Shown: positions 1 to 13,339 of the stretch, in pieces
Position numbering within the stretch: position 1 is the stretch's first letter
Layout of the letters: every line of letters begins with the position of its first letter
DNA from: Eledone cirrhosa
Lineage: Eukaryota
NCBI GenBank assembly: GCA_964016885.1
Contig: OZ024745.1
Coordinates: 69,874,001-69,938,000 of the forward strand
Direction of reading: 5' to 3'
DNA: 64,000 bases
Notes under the pieces: generated by a model
Database searches by the model: none
What the model was told of the DNA's origin: nothing
Seen by the model: only the letters and a program-made list of their open reading frames with translations
Translations under genes and position numbers: made by a program

Positions 1-401
1 TTCACAACTCTGTGTATGTTAGACTGACAGACAGGCACACAGACAGATAAACTGCATGGCGATTGTGGAACGCCGCACACCTACACGCATGGAATCGAAC
101 ACACGCACGCAAACTTAAACACGCACACACTCACACATGTTGATAGTTTTTACTTTCTGTGGAACGCTGCACGCACGCACACACACATAAACATACGCGC
201 ACGTACATACACACGCACACATGTTAATAGTTATTGAACACAGCGTTCACACTCTCCCCTCTCACTTCCTCATTGGCATTATGCATATTAATTTCAGTTT
301 GGCGTCGTTGAGGTGGGCGGAGTCGTTTGAAACCTATGAACCAATGATAATCGAGAATTATGACACACGGAATACTGACGTTCTTGAAATTAATAAATAG
401 A
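1..401 (-). mobile_element. Possible non-autonomous Helitron-like repeat, 5' end
   Basis: Minus strand starts a|TCTATTTATTAAT at 401, resembling a Helitron 5' TC terminus after A; internal CA-rich subrepeats (tgtggaacgc twice). The 3' end lies outside the window. Confidence 0.3.
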
Positions 402-2080
402 TGTCTACAGATATAGACTACGGTTGTATATAATTCGTGAATATAAACATGTATTTTCTTTTAAATTAATGTATAACATATTTTCATTTAATTTATAAAC
501 AAAGCAATGCTTATATAACCTTAAACCCCCCAAGAACTGATTCAGATTTGTTAATGGTTTCAGTCATTCAACACACATACACACGCGCGCGCGCGCGTGC
601 GCACACATACGCACACGCACACACACACACACACACACACGCTCACCCGCTCGCGTACGCCTACCGCCCAAACTTTTCAAAAATTCCATGTACCTACCTG
701 TTCTCCCCTTCGAACATACTGTAGCTGGAATTCAAATGTCTCAACATGTCATAAACTGTTACGCTAAATCTCCATGAACATTATGGTACGTGTAATTGTG
801 TCTGTAAATTGCTCCATTGCATTTTAATTTATTGGACAGGTAGTTCTGTTAATTGAACAACAAGGCTCACCGCCGAAACAGATGGAAGTTTATTTCATAT
901 ACGTTGTTTTCTCTCGGAATGACTGAATGCGCAAAAGATCCATTCACTCAAATATAGAGTGACGTTTTAATTTAAGGTTAGATAGGAATAGTATAGAGGA
1001 AAGTTATATCTGTAATTTCTGTTGAAGCAGAAACATCAAGGAAAATTAATTACACCAGGGAAAGGCATACTGATAAAAGGAAACAAATAGGAAGACATAC
1101 ATCTAGATTTCATTATTTTGGCTAGCTGATTCTGAATGAAACGTGTGAAGATAAATCTGACGGCAAATGCACAAATATTAATATTTAATCAGAAGATGCT
1201 GCTGTTGTTTTTTGTTAATTGGTAATGCATAAACACAGATGTAATTAATAGAAAACATAAATAGTTTTATGACTTTGAGGTCATTTTTTTTATTACCCGT
1301 GACTATATATGCATGTACTCCGTATGCTGATATATTTACTCAATTATTCATGACTATATCTGTCAGTCGGGCAAAGTAGCCTTTAGCTGGTAACCAACTG
1401 CCATCAGGATTTTCATCTCTAAACCAGTATCCTCCCGTTGGTAGATCGTCTTTGATGGCCAACTATTACCTATCTTCCTGCTTCCAATTGAATTACTCAC
1501 ACCTACTACAGAGCAACCTGACATTGATTGCTAAATATTACCTATCTTACGACTCTCAATTACAAATTCTTTGTTGATGTTTTTCTCAGCCTGCGAACAT
1601 CTCTCTTTCTAGGGTTTCCTTCTATAGCTAGATATGCATGCGTCTTATGCAAAGGCTATACCTGGAAACACTACACTGCCAGGCACAACTAGTATCTGTA
1701 CACTTTTGGAACAGCTCCTGGTATTTGGTGAATGATGGAACGATACCTTTCTATCAGCAAATGTTTCTATGATCTGCAGAATTATATCTTGGAACATTTT
1801 ATAATCTATAAGAAATATAGATTAAGCGGGTATAGAGAACATTCTGATCGAGCTTTCCATATAACATCTTGCACTTCTACATACGTTGTTTCACTTGTTT
1901 CAATTGAAATGGTCAGGTCTGCTGAGTATCTAAAATGTGCTTGGTTTTTATCTTTTCCACATGTGTTCGCTTTGAAGCAGTTCATCACAGCATCTTTATA
2001 AATAATCTCTCTGCGTCATTTATAAAATCATGCATCTTAATTGTCATTCTAATACTGAAGACGACATATATATATATTTC

Positions 2081-2109
2081 TTATTGGCAACATGACCCTC
2101 CCAAAGTAT

Positions 2110-2178
<69 letters not shown>

Positions 2179-3732
2179 CTTCTACTACAACGTAATATAA
2201 TATCTGTATACAACAACTACAAGGGTACGCAAAGGGGCCCACCCACAGCCCCGGCGGACAGAATGGAGAAGGCGTTTCCCCGGAGGACGGTAAGGGAGAC
2301 GCTCTGGAAAATCCACTCCAACTCGCGGGGCTCACACCTGCGGCTGGCCAGCTCAGCGCCTATGGTGGTGAGTAAGGAGGTAGCCCTGGGGCCGAAGACC
2401 CCAGAAATCTCCACTGCCAGGGTACGACCGCAAAACTGTCGGAGAGCGACCGGTATTTGAGGAGTTTGGCCACGTCAGCCCGACGTGCAGCAGAACATAG
2501 GTCAGTCGCAGACTGCACCAGGTTGCGGATGTAGAAAGTGTCGGTGCAAGTGGCATCCCAGAAGAGGATTTTGCCAACGCGGAACGGGAAGATGGTCATG
2601 CCATCTGGCCTTTTGCCGTCCCCTCGATCAAGCTCCACCGGCTCGAGCTGGGAAGGGAAGACTGCAGCGTCCAAGCCATGCTTAATGACCTCGTTGAGTG
2701 CAGCATAGCGTGGAATGTGGCCAGCACTGTGGCGACAGGAAAGCGGGTGGAGGTCGAAAAAGTACACGGTGGAACCGCAGCGACGTTGGTGTTGCTGGCA
2801 GATCTGGAGGCCGAGCCTCAGGGAAACGCCGATTCGCAGGCTATGGTTGACTAGCTGCGTGCCAGTGGAGGAGGTCAGGGCATGGAGCCAGGCACCACTG
2901 TGGGGTTTGGAGGCCTAATGAAAACAAGCAAGGTGGTGCTGTTCGAGCTGGTGGGTGAGCCTGTCTGAGGCCAGGCTACACTGGATGGCATCCTAAGTGC
3001 GTTGGGTGGACTTGACGTCAACAGGGGGATAACGAGGAGGGACGTCTACTGGGTTAAGTTCAAGTCGGTCCCACGTCTCACAGGCGGCCTCATGTTCTCT
3101 GAACACAGAGGGTTCTGTTGTATTGTGAAGAACCCTGCTGACGAGGGGCGGCACGAGGTTACCGACGAAAGATACGCCGGCATAGCTAGTGAGATCGGCG
3201 ACCGGAGGCTAAGGCCGCCATACCTGACCGGTTAAGTGGCCTGTTGCCACTCTATGTCGTCAAACTTGACGTTGCATATCCCCTCGGCTGCTGCTCGGAT
3301 GCAAGTGTCGAGGTCAGCGAGGAGAGATGTCTGGGTGTAGCACGGAGCACTGCGGAGTGTATAGAGGAGCTTCGGCATGGCGAAGCAGTTCCTCGGCTGG
3401 TGAGAGTCTGGAGCTGTTGAAGTATGGACCTGATGGTTGAGCGGATGGCCGGCGGGTCGATAGGTGAACCGATGATGAGGACATCCTCTTTGGAGGTCAC
3501 CTGTACCTGGCGGAGAATGGACCGCACGTCCAAGACGGAGGTTGCAAAGCTCGCAGCATCGAGGCTGACATTAACCACCTCCAACTTAGCCGAGTTGACC
3601 TGGAGGCCGATTCCCTCCAGGGCAGGAACCACCGATTGAAGGTCATCGCAGACCGTCCGAACGGGCCCGCCTAACGTAGCATCATCCAGATACCAAACGT
3701 TGAGAGAGGCCGTGTAACCTTCCTCGCATCTC
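2081..3732 (-). mobile_element. CRE-clade non-LTR retrotransposon, 5'-truncated and frameshifted (RT C-part plus RLE endonuclease)
   Basis: RT motif LNVWYLDDATLGG (3252-3734 ORF); HPLSCRHSAG..RYAALNEVI knuckle; RLE GDGKRPDG...FWDATCTDT; terminal FQSVSLTVLRGNA. GC-rich island; 3' UTR contains a (TA)n tract. Confidence 0.85.
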
Positions 3733-4939
3733 AAGATTCATATGTTCTTCTTTGCCTGCAGAGATGACCTCTTGTCAGCTCATATATGCCCTGCTTTCAC
3801 ATAACGTTTGCTCATTTGAACCATATATGGAGAGTCTTCATCTCACTTCTTGACACAACATCTCCTTATTCTTCTTTTCTACTGGATTCTATGTGTTCGA
3901 TTGCTACGCCAGTATCTTCTTTAGGCATACTAAAAAACATTATTGTCGTTTTCTCAGTATTTCATTCGCTTGTGGTTGTCGCACCAGAAGATCGTGGTCT
4001 ATTTATTTTTTATTTATTAAGTAACATGTCCCTTTCTCGTTTGAACATTGGGTGGCTGGGGTAGCCATTGATGTAAGTTACATAACACATGTTCCACATC
4101 GAGTACATTCCATCCCATTTCTTTAAAGAAAGCAGCTCCAACCCCTAAATATCATGCTTTTCCTTTTGTTCTTGAATTTCATGTTTCTCTACTCTATATT
4201 TCCCACTTGTAATTCTATTTTGCATTGTACCAGCCTTACAAAATAATCTTAATAAAATATCCAATAATGCCATCTATGATATATATTGCTTTGCAATCAT
4301 TATTAGCATTGAAGGGCCTACTGTGTCGACAGATTCAAGACACCAATGGATCTTTGTGGTATTTTCCTTCCTGTTTAGTCAAGGACAGATGTCTAGCTCC
4401 TTTATTAAGCTCTTCGTGAGAAATAGAAAGGAGAAAAAAGGTATCTCTAAACCAAGCAAGTAATTTGTATGACAGGATGGACTCTGATAAAATCCCCCAA
4501 AGATCAATTCTGCTAAGATTGTCACAACTGGATTTGAACTGAAAACGCAAAATAAAAGAGAAACAGAACAAATATCACAGAGATGTTTCGTCCGATGGTT
4601 TAACAATTTCGCCAATCAAACGATTTGGACACCTAAATTATTTCTCGACCGCGAAACTATTAGAGGATAAGTTGACCTTAATTGAACTGAGAGAGTAGGA
4701 AGCCAGAACAATACAGCATGTCACTGTTTCCGACATTGTAATGTCTCTGCAGCCTTATTTGTTCCAGATATTTGCCTTCTAATTTCAAACCCAACAGGGA
4801 TAAACTTTCGATGAAATAGTGTTGGTCGAAAACTGCGGTCCATATAATCAATTGATACTCACTCCTAAATTCCTTCACCTTATTCGCGAGAATTAAATCA
4901 ACATTAATAGCAAAGGTATCTACAATCAGAGGACACGGG

Positions 4940-5040
4940 TTTGCTATGTTATTCATCTAGTTATCTCTTGCTATGTTATTCATCTAGTTATCTCTTGAAT
5001 AACAACTATTCATCTAGTTATCTCTTGAATAACAACTATT
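4940..5040. repeat. Short tandem duplication (27-30-bp units)
   Basis: tattcatctagttatctcttg occurs three times. Confidence 0.8.
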
Positions 5041-6289
5041 TTCAAATACAGAGCCATGGTTTAACAATTGCATGTGTGAGCTACTTTTCATATATCGAAA
5101 CCCTACACACGCTCTCTGATCGTCAACTCCCTGAAGGTTTTAATTTATGATACTTTAGTGTTCTGTTAAATGAGTTTTTGTCTTCTATTACTTTAATTAA
5201 TCGTTTATCTTTTATTTATTTCAGCAATATTCTAATAAAGGGAAATAATTGCAATGTAATATCTAATAATGTTATTCCAGAAAATTGATAGCATGTCAGA
5301 ACATACGAATAGTAGGCAACTATAAAGTTGTTTGTACACATATTACACACTGAACATTAAACAGACCCCCCTTGCGATGCTGGTCACTGATAAATTAATT
5401 TCAAATTTTTAATCATTTGAAAATTAATAAAAGAATTAACATTCCAAATTAGATTTTAAATTGAATTCTCAATTTTTATTATGAATACTAATAATGGAAT
5501 TAGTAGTTATAGAAACAGAGCATGTTCGCTCACCTAAGCAATGGGTGTTACAAACTTAATAACTGGTAGATTGTAATAGGACGGTAATTGCCAGTATAGG
5601 ATATAAAGTAATGAATATGGAACTTTCAGAGTGACTCCTAATACAGAGTGACACGAATACATATTTTCAAATTATTTGAATTATTTGGGGTTTTTTTTGG
5701 AGGGTGGGGTGGAGGAGGGTGTTAAATATATTCCATAACAACATCCCTTAAAAAGATCTAGTCTCCGCTGATTCGAAACTATCAGTCCGACAACTATATT
5801 ATTTCATATATATTTCATGTTTAACATCCTCTCCACTTCTATCATAAATCCTCCGACCTAATATAATCCATTGCATGCACGTTTTGCAATGGAATTCTCA
5901 TAAAAGAGACCATCACACTTTTGGGATTCCGAGATATCCATAATAACACGTACACAGCTTTTTAAACCAAAAGCTGACACATCTCTGTCAGTGGTGTTCC
6001 TTCGCAGACGCAAGCAATAACCGATCATCCTCAAACGGGTACATCTATTTCACAGATTGAATGTGCAGCTCGCATTAAAGGCATATATGTATGTGTGTAT
6101 ATATGCATGTATCTGTTCAAATGTATGTATGTATAAATGTGTTCTTTTCTAGTACAGCTGTATGTGTACTATATTACTTATATGGGCAAATATTTCTTCA
6201 TGATGAATATTCTATGGGACTATTTGCATTAGGTATTCTGAATACGCTTCTGTTGACATGGTATAATTTCTAAGAGGTTTACTTCGCAA

Positions 6290-6412
6290 TCAGATAGTCT
6301 CGGGTTTGAAACAATTGCGGGGTGTAATGGGCAAGTTGTCCTTTACTATAATCTGATTCGAGTCTTATGAATGAAATCAGTCGACGGACGCTGTTTGGAA
6401 TCCCGTGGGGTA
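6290..6412 (+). mobile_element. Degenerate SINE remnant (CORE-like centre)
   Basis: B-box-like gggtttgaaac followed by tgggcaagttgtcctttactata and gacggacgctg; recognised by resemblance only. Confidence 0.35.
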
Positions 6413-8194
6413 GACTGAGTCTGAAATTAAAACGGCAAGCTAAATCACCTTCGAAATTAGATTAGAGTTGCTCGTGCTTGAGGAATCTCCTTTGAAATCT
6501 GTGAGAATTATGTTAAGGATATATGTATATGAGAAATATTCACGTCCAAAAGGATGGATGTCCATTCCATAGCGATATTTCATTGTAGCCTCATTAATTA
6601 ATCTCCCATTTTTCACTTGTTACCATTATCATTTGGCATATGTTTAGCTCCAAGTTTCCTAAACCTTTCTTCTTGCACATCAGATGTTCAAATTAAAATA
6701 TTATGTTACTTATCTTCCACATTGTTTCGCATATTCTTCCCTCACATCACTTCCTTCGACTTCAATTTATTTCCTATGTACTTGTTTACTAAGCAAGCAG
6801 CAACACAACTTTCTCTCCTCATCTGCGTCAATGATGACAGGCAAGGAAAACAAAGCAACATTCTTACACCATCACGGTGATTGAATTAAATCATTTCTAT
6901 TTAGACTGTACAGATGGTTACCTTGCAGTATTTGTTTTGGATCTGTGCGTTCTGATTGAAAGCCTGACGATGTCCTCTTCGCCTTTCGTTCTCTCCAGAT
7001 CAATAAAGTATTCGGCCAGAGCGAACATAGGATTGTTGGAATCGCTAGAGCATTTCTATGCATTCTAAAATCAACCCCGCTGGGAATAATTTGTTTGTAA
7101 TAATTTTGGTGTCAATAAAATATCTATCCAGGGCGAGTATTATCGTAATCTTGAGATCTTTGGGCTGTTTGCATTGCCGCATATGAAACGTCTTCTTAAT
7201 TCTAAATTGAAACTTTGCAGCCCTGGTCATTCATCTAGCCTTATGTACTAATATCTGATGGTATCTATTAGAAGACCAGTAAACCCTACACACGTCTGAG
7301 TAGCATCAAAATAATTGCACACTGTTATTGACTAATTTCATTCATAAGAATCCCACATGGAAAATCTTAAATAGCTCCTGAACAAAGTGTTATCTATTAA
7401 TTTTATATATCATTCTTTGTGTTTGAACAACGACGTAAATCAAATAATATCAATGTTAATTACATAATATTAATGATGATTTCTAATTTAAACAGAAATT
7501 CTGCAGTTTTGAGGGGAAGAAGACTAGCGATTACACCGTCACAAATATTGAAACTCATACGCTATGTTATCAACAGCGGAAGACTAAAATCCAAAGGTGA
7601 CCTCCATGTGACTGAAAACATAAGGGGCATGTTTAAATATTGCTCAGCCTTTTCCCAGTGCCCTAACGAAACGGCCAAATCACAACTCTAACGTAGACAC
7701 GGGGTCAGCAATTTGAGAGGAGAAAGTCAATAATAGTGAATCAAGTAAATGAAATATACTTTATTATATCGAGAGAGGAGTGAGGAAAAGCAGTGATACT
7801 TTATTACATAGAGGGACTGAGAGCAAGTGTTGTCAGTCAATAATGGTTTGAGATAAATACAATTAAAACATTAATTGTCAATGGAACATAGATGGAATTA
7901 TACATATTGGAAATAAAACTCAAAGAATTTCGTTTCTATTGAGCAACAATAAGCTACAGATTATAATATCTATGCGTATGTTTATATAATACTCATCTTA
8001 ACTAAATAGTTACTACTAAATATAGATTACACAGAACATGAATGGGTGCACGTGTGTATCAATGTATATATAATTATAGGTGAATACACCTTCCATTATG
8101 CTATCTCTGCCCCTTTTTATGCATAGACTACTAACGTGATTTGTGGTCTTTAAGTACCCGCCGCGCTAGATTCAGAATAAATACACACACACAA

Positions 8195-8246
<52 letters not shown>

Positions 8247-8408
8247 GATAACAAAATATCATTATAGGTAATCCAGTTAGAGGTTGCGAATATTTCATAT
8301 TATGGATAGTTTTAGCGTACGGCGTTGTTTGAATCAACAAGGGGTTTACGTAGGTGGCGAGTTTATGAGTTCTCTTGTATTCCTATGTAAGTTTATCTTG
8401 GAGTAATA

Positions 8409-8534
8409 ATATTGAAAGTGTGAAGAATAACATGGTCAACAGTACAAAAAAGGGTTTTCGTTACTGTCTATTTAGAGTGTAAATAAAAGCCTTTTTTGTA
8501 CTGTTAACCATGTTATTCTTCACGCTTTCAATAT
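8409..8534. repeat. Fold-back inverted repeat, ~50-bp arms, abutting (TA)n
   Basis: atattgaaagtgtgaagaataacatggtcaacagtacaaaaaagg is the near-perfect reverse complement of 8485-8534. Confidence 0.9.
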
Positions 8535-8548
8535 ATATATATAAATAT

Positions 8549-8610
<62 letters not shown>

Positions 8611-8733
8611 GGAGGTGAGTTTTATTGTAGTACAATAAAACAATGCAGATATAGGATAAGAAGCACTCTACAGTTTGTAGGACTGGAGTATACATAATAT
8701 AAGATCAAACGATGGTTAAAGGAGTTCCATGTA

Positions 8734-8800
8734 TTTTATTATGCGCATTTCAAAAACAAACATCATCATGCAATAATATTTGTGTTTTCATCAGATAAAA
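8734..8800 (-). ncRNA. Type I hammerhead ribozyme (left arm of palindrome)
   Basis: Reverse complement of the 11427-11493 motif: TTTTAT CTGATGA ... GAAA TGCGCA TA ATAAAA. Confidence 0.8.
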
Positions 8801-11426
8801 CAGGAGAACATGATATGAAGGCTAAAAAACACTTGTGGATAGTGCAGTTTTAAATCAACATATGAAAAGTGGTTTTAGATTGATGTGTGATATTGGGAAA
8901 AATATTTTATTTAGAGAGGGGGGGAAGGATGAAAAAGGGGAGGAGATGAGAGTGAAGGTGGAGAGGGAGAGATGGGTGATAGAGAGAAAGAGATAGTTTT
9001 TATAACTGAGAGAAGATATATTGTTTTACATAGAGAGGTTGAAAACCGTTGGAAGATAATGTATAAATTAAAAGAATTTGAAAATTAACGAAGGGAAAAA
9101 TATGTACGAGGAAAAAATATTTTATTTAGGGAGGGGTGGTGGAAAGGATGAAAAAAAGGGGAGGAGATGAGAGTGAAGGTGGAGAGGGAGAGATGGGTGA
9201 TAGAGAGAAAGAGATAGTTTTTATAACTGAGAAAAGATATATTGTTTTACATAGAGAGGTTGAGAACCGTTGGAAGATAATGTATAAATTAAAAGAATTT
9301 GAAAATTAAAGAAGGGAAAAATATGTACGAGGAAAGAGAGGTAGTTTATGTATGAAGATAGAGAGAAAAAATAATAATTGCGGATGAATATTCTAACGTC
9401 AAAAAGGTGTATGTTGATAAGTATTGTGGCAATTTCAAAATTAACGAAGAGAAAAAATGATTAAGGTTTGTGTGTAGAAGGATTTGAGAAAAATAATGTG
9501 AAGTTAAAGTTTGTATATTGAAGGAATTGATAATATGTGCGAAGAAAGAGTTAATATGTATTAAAAAATTATTAAGGTTTGTGTATTAGATGATTTGAGA
9601 AAAATAATGTGAAGTTAAGGTTTGTATATTGAAGGAGTCGAGAATATGTGCGAAGAAAGAGTTAATATGTATTAAGAATGAGTTCGTTGATGGGGAGAAA
9701 AAAATAATAAATTAAGGATGAAATTGAGATTAAAAAGTTTTATGATAGAGAGAAAAAATAATAATAATTGCGGATGAATATTCTAGCGTCAAAAAAACAA
9801 ATGTATATGTTATGAAGGATTTTACAAGGTGAAGATAGAATGAGGGTAATGAGTAAACAAGTATTATAGAGTGTATAATGCCCTTTGAAGTAAGGTAGGA
9901 AGATGGGTATATTTTAAAGAGGTGTATGCATATGTGCCTTTGAGAAAAGATTCTAAATTGATAAAGAATTGAATATTAGCTGTATACTTTGTGAAAAGTC
10001 CTATGGAATTTATGCAGGCAGATAGAACACAAATCTGTACGTCTATTTATTATAGAATCTAGATTAGAGATAATGGTAAATTTTTCATTTAGGCAGAGAT
10101 TACAGATTTTAGATAGAGAGCTGTTCTGTAATCTCGGCCTAAATGAAAAATTTACCATTATCTCTAATCTAGATTCTATAATAAATAGACGTAATGATTT
10201 GTTTTCTATCTGCCTGCATAAATTCCATAGGACTTTTCACAAAGTATACAGCTAATATTCAATTCTTTATCAATTTAGAATTTTTTCTCAAAGGCACATA
10301 TACATACACCTCTTTAAAATATACCCATCTTCCTACCTTACTTCAAAGGGCATTATACACTCTATAATACTTGTTTATTCATTACCCTCATTCTATCTTC
10401 ACCTTCATAACATATACATTTGTTTTTTTGACGCTAGAATATTCTTCCGCAATTATTATTATTTTTTCTCTCTATCATAAAACTTTTTAATCTCAATTTC
10501 ATCCTTAATTTTATTATTTTTTTCTCCCCATCAACGAACTCATTCTTAATACATATTAACTCTTTCTTCTCACATATTATCAACTCCTTCAATATACAAA
10601 CCTTAACTTCACATTATTTTTCTCAAATCATCTAATACACAAACCTTAATAATTTTTTAATACATATTAACTCTTTCTTCGCACATATTATCAATTCCTT
10701 CAATATACAAACTTTAACTTCACATTATTTTTCTCAAATCCTTCTACACATAAACCGTAATAATTTTTTCTCTTCGTTAATTTTGAAATTGCCACAATAC
10801 TTATCAACATACACCTTTTTGACGTTAGAATATTCAACCGCAATTATCATTTTTTCTCTCTATCTTCCCTACATAAACTACCTCTCTTTCCTCGTACATA
10901 TTTTTCCCTTCGTTAATTTTCAAATTCTTTTAATTTATACATTATCTTCCAACGGTTCCCAACCTCTCTATGTAAAACAATATATCTTTTCTCAGTTATA
11001 AAAACTATTTCTTTCTCTCTATCACCCATCTTTCCCTCTCCACCTTCACTCTCATCTCCTCCCCTTTTTTTCATCCTTTCCACCACCCCTCCCTAAATAA
11101 AATATTTTTTCCTCGTACATATTTTCCCCTTCGTTAATTTTCAAATTCTTTTAATTTATACATTATCTTCCAACGGTTTTCAACCTCTCTATGTAAAACA
11201 ATATATCTTCTCTCAGTTATAAAAACTATCTCTTTCTCTCTATCACCCATCTCTCCCTCTCCACCTTCACTCTCATCTCCTCCCCTTTTTCATCCTTTCC
11301 ACCCACCCCCTCTCTAAATAAAATAGTTTTCCCAATATCACACATCAATCTAAAACCACTTTTCATATGTTGATTTAAAACTGCACTATCCACAAGTGTT
11401 TTTAGCCTTCATATCATGTTCTCCTG

Positions 11427-11493
11427 TTTTATCTGATGAAAACACAAATATTATTGCATGATGATGTCTGTTTTTGAAATGCGCATAATAAAA
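11427..11493 (+). ncRNA. Type I hammerhead ribozyme (right arm of palindrome)
   Basis: Stem I TTTTAT/ATAAAA, core CTGATGA, stem II AAACA..TGTTT, GAAA, palindromic stem III ATGCGCAT, AUA cleavage triplet. Confidence 0.8.
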
Positions 11494-11525
11494 TACATGG
11501 AACTCCTTTAACCATCTTTTGATCT

Positions 11526-11618
<93 letters not shown>

Positions 11619-11621
11619 CAC

Positions 11622-11707
<86 letters not shown>

Positions 11708-11717
<10 letters not shown>

Positions 11718-11985
11718 GTTAACATATACATAAAGTTATAGATATATACATGTTGCAACTGGTCGCTTTTAAGCTCTATGAAGAATTAATAAATTAAAAA
11801 ATCAGAGCAATATATCATAAATCATGTCTTTAGAATCATCACATGATTTCATCTGATGATTCTAAAGACATGATTTATGATATATTGCTCTGATTTTTTA
11901 ATTTATTAATTCTTCATAGAGCTTAAAAGTGACCAGTTGCAACATGTATATATCTATAACTTTATGTATATGTTAACCTTTATAT
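11708..11985. repeat. Fold-back palindrome, ~135-bp arms, abutting (TA)n
   Basis: taaaggttaacatatac...gaatcatca is mirrored by tgatgattc...gtatatgttaaccttta. Confidence 0.9.
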
Positions 11986-12540
11986 TTAATAATCTCCCAA
12001 TAGGTTGAGATTAAATTTGGCGATATTTGGCTGCGCTTTCTAGCAGCAAGCCTACCCGCCGTAAGCAACCAATCACATTCTTTCTGGCTTGACCATAGCC
12101 ACATAGCGATTCTTAGCCATTTTTGAATCTATTTTTGGCGGGATCGGATTGAAAAACTAGATGTCTGATTTTGAGTTTGTCTTCTGATGAATCCTAACTC
12201 AGGACATTCCTATTATTTGTATGTCTAAAAATAAGAAAGAAACCATTGTAGAGATATAATTACGGTATGTGCGCATTTCTTCTAAGTTTAATTTTACACC
12301 TAATTATGTATGGTTGATTTAATCAGTTTCTACATGCTGTCGAAATGTTGGATAAATACTCTATTGAGGCCGCCGCGAAGAGGCTACGTTCGGTTATTTG
12401 TCGGAGATTTCTCCATAAGAGCATTTATTCTTATAGCTTGTTCCAATTGATTTTTTATATGGTTAATTATGCTAATTAGAAGAAGAAATAGTATATATTT
12501 TATCTGATGATTCTAAAGACATGATTTATGATATATATAT

Positions 12541-12656
<116 letters not shown>

Positions 12657-12736
12657 AAAGGTAAACAGAAATAACAACACAATCGGTACAGTATATGGAA
12701 GGAATATATTAGGTTAACGCTTGATATAGCAGAAGG

Positions 12737-12772
12737 TCTTAACGTTTCGGACGCTAGACCTTCATCAGAAGA
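12737..12772 (-). ncRNA. Minimal type I hammerhead in a Penelope pLTR-like remnant
   Basis: Minus strand TCTT CTGATGA AGGTCTAGCGTCC GAAA CG TT AAGA; palindromic ACGT stem III; stem II weak. Confidence 0.65.
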
Positions 12773-13339
12773 AAGAATAAGAAATAAGATAGATTGAGGG
12801 GACGGGCGTGTTAGAATTGGAACAAATGTCTTTAGATAAAAATAACAGGTCCGTTCATGTTGATACCTCTTGCAAAATTGTTTGTGCTGGGGTTTTGTGT
12901 ATGATTTATTTGTTAGAAAATTGGATGATGGAGCGCGTCTACCTGAAATGGAAAAAAAACGTTATGTAAAAAAGATATACTTGTGCACGTGCGTAAGCAT
13001 GTGTGTGTGTGTATGTGTGAGTGTGTGAATATATGTGTGTTATTATACGTCTGTACGAAGCTAATATGAAATGTGTGTGTATATGTAAGTAAAAGAGTGT
13101 ATGTGCATGTAAGTACGAAGATATAAGCAAAAGTATTTTAATATAAGGGTGTGTGTGTATATATACAGAGCTGTGAATGGAAAAGGGGAGTGAGCATATA
13201 TAGTCGGTCTGTATTTATATATATATTTATATATATATATATAAATATATATATAAATTTATATATATAGGGATTTATATATATATATATACATATGTAG
13301 TAAGGTGTATTATTGGTTGTATCAAACGGTCCAATCAAT

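Larger units (their letters stand above)
8608..11527. mobile_element. 2.8-kb palindrome: inverted pair of Penelope (Naiad-type) pseudo-LTR/3' ends
   Basis: Arms ~8697-10105 and ~10126-11527 are near-perfect reverse complements. The centre encodes a GIY-YIG C-terminus (CNLCLNEKFTII..INRR.DL.SICLH). Each arm carries a hammerhead. Flanked by (TA)n on both sides; arms contain internal ~210-bp and ~110-bp duplications. Confidence 0.88.

Noticed and set aside
3735-4170. Possible decayed LINE C-terminus next to the CRE element
   Set aside because: Composition is suggestive but no diagnostic motif could be read.
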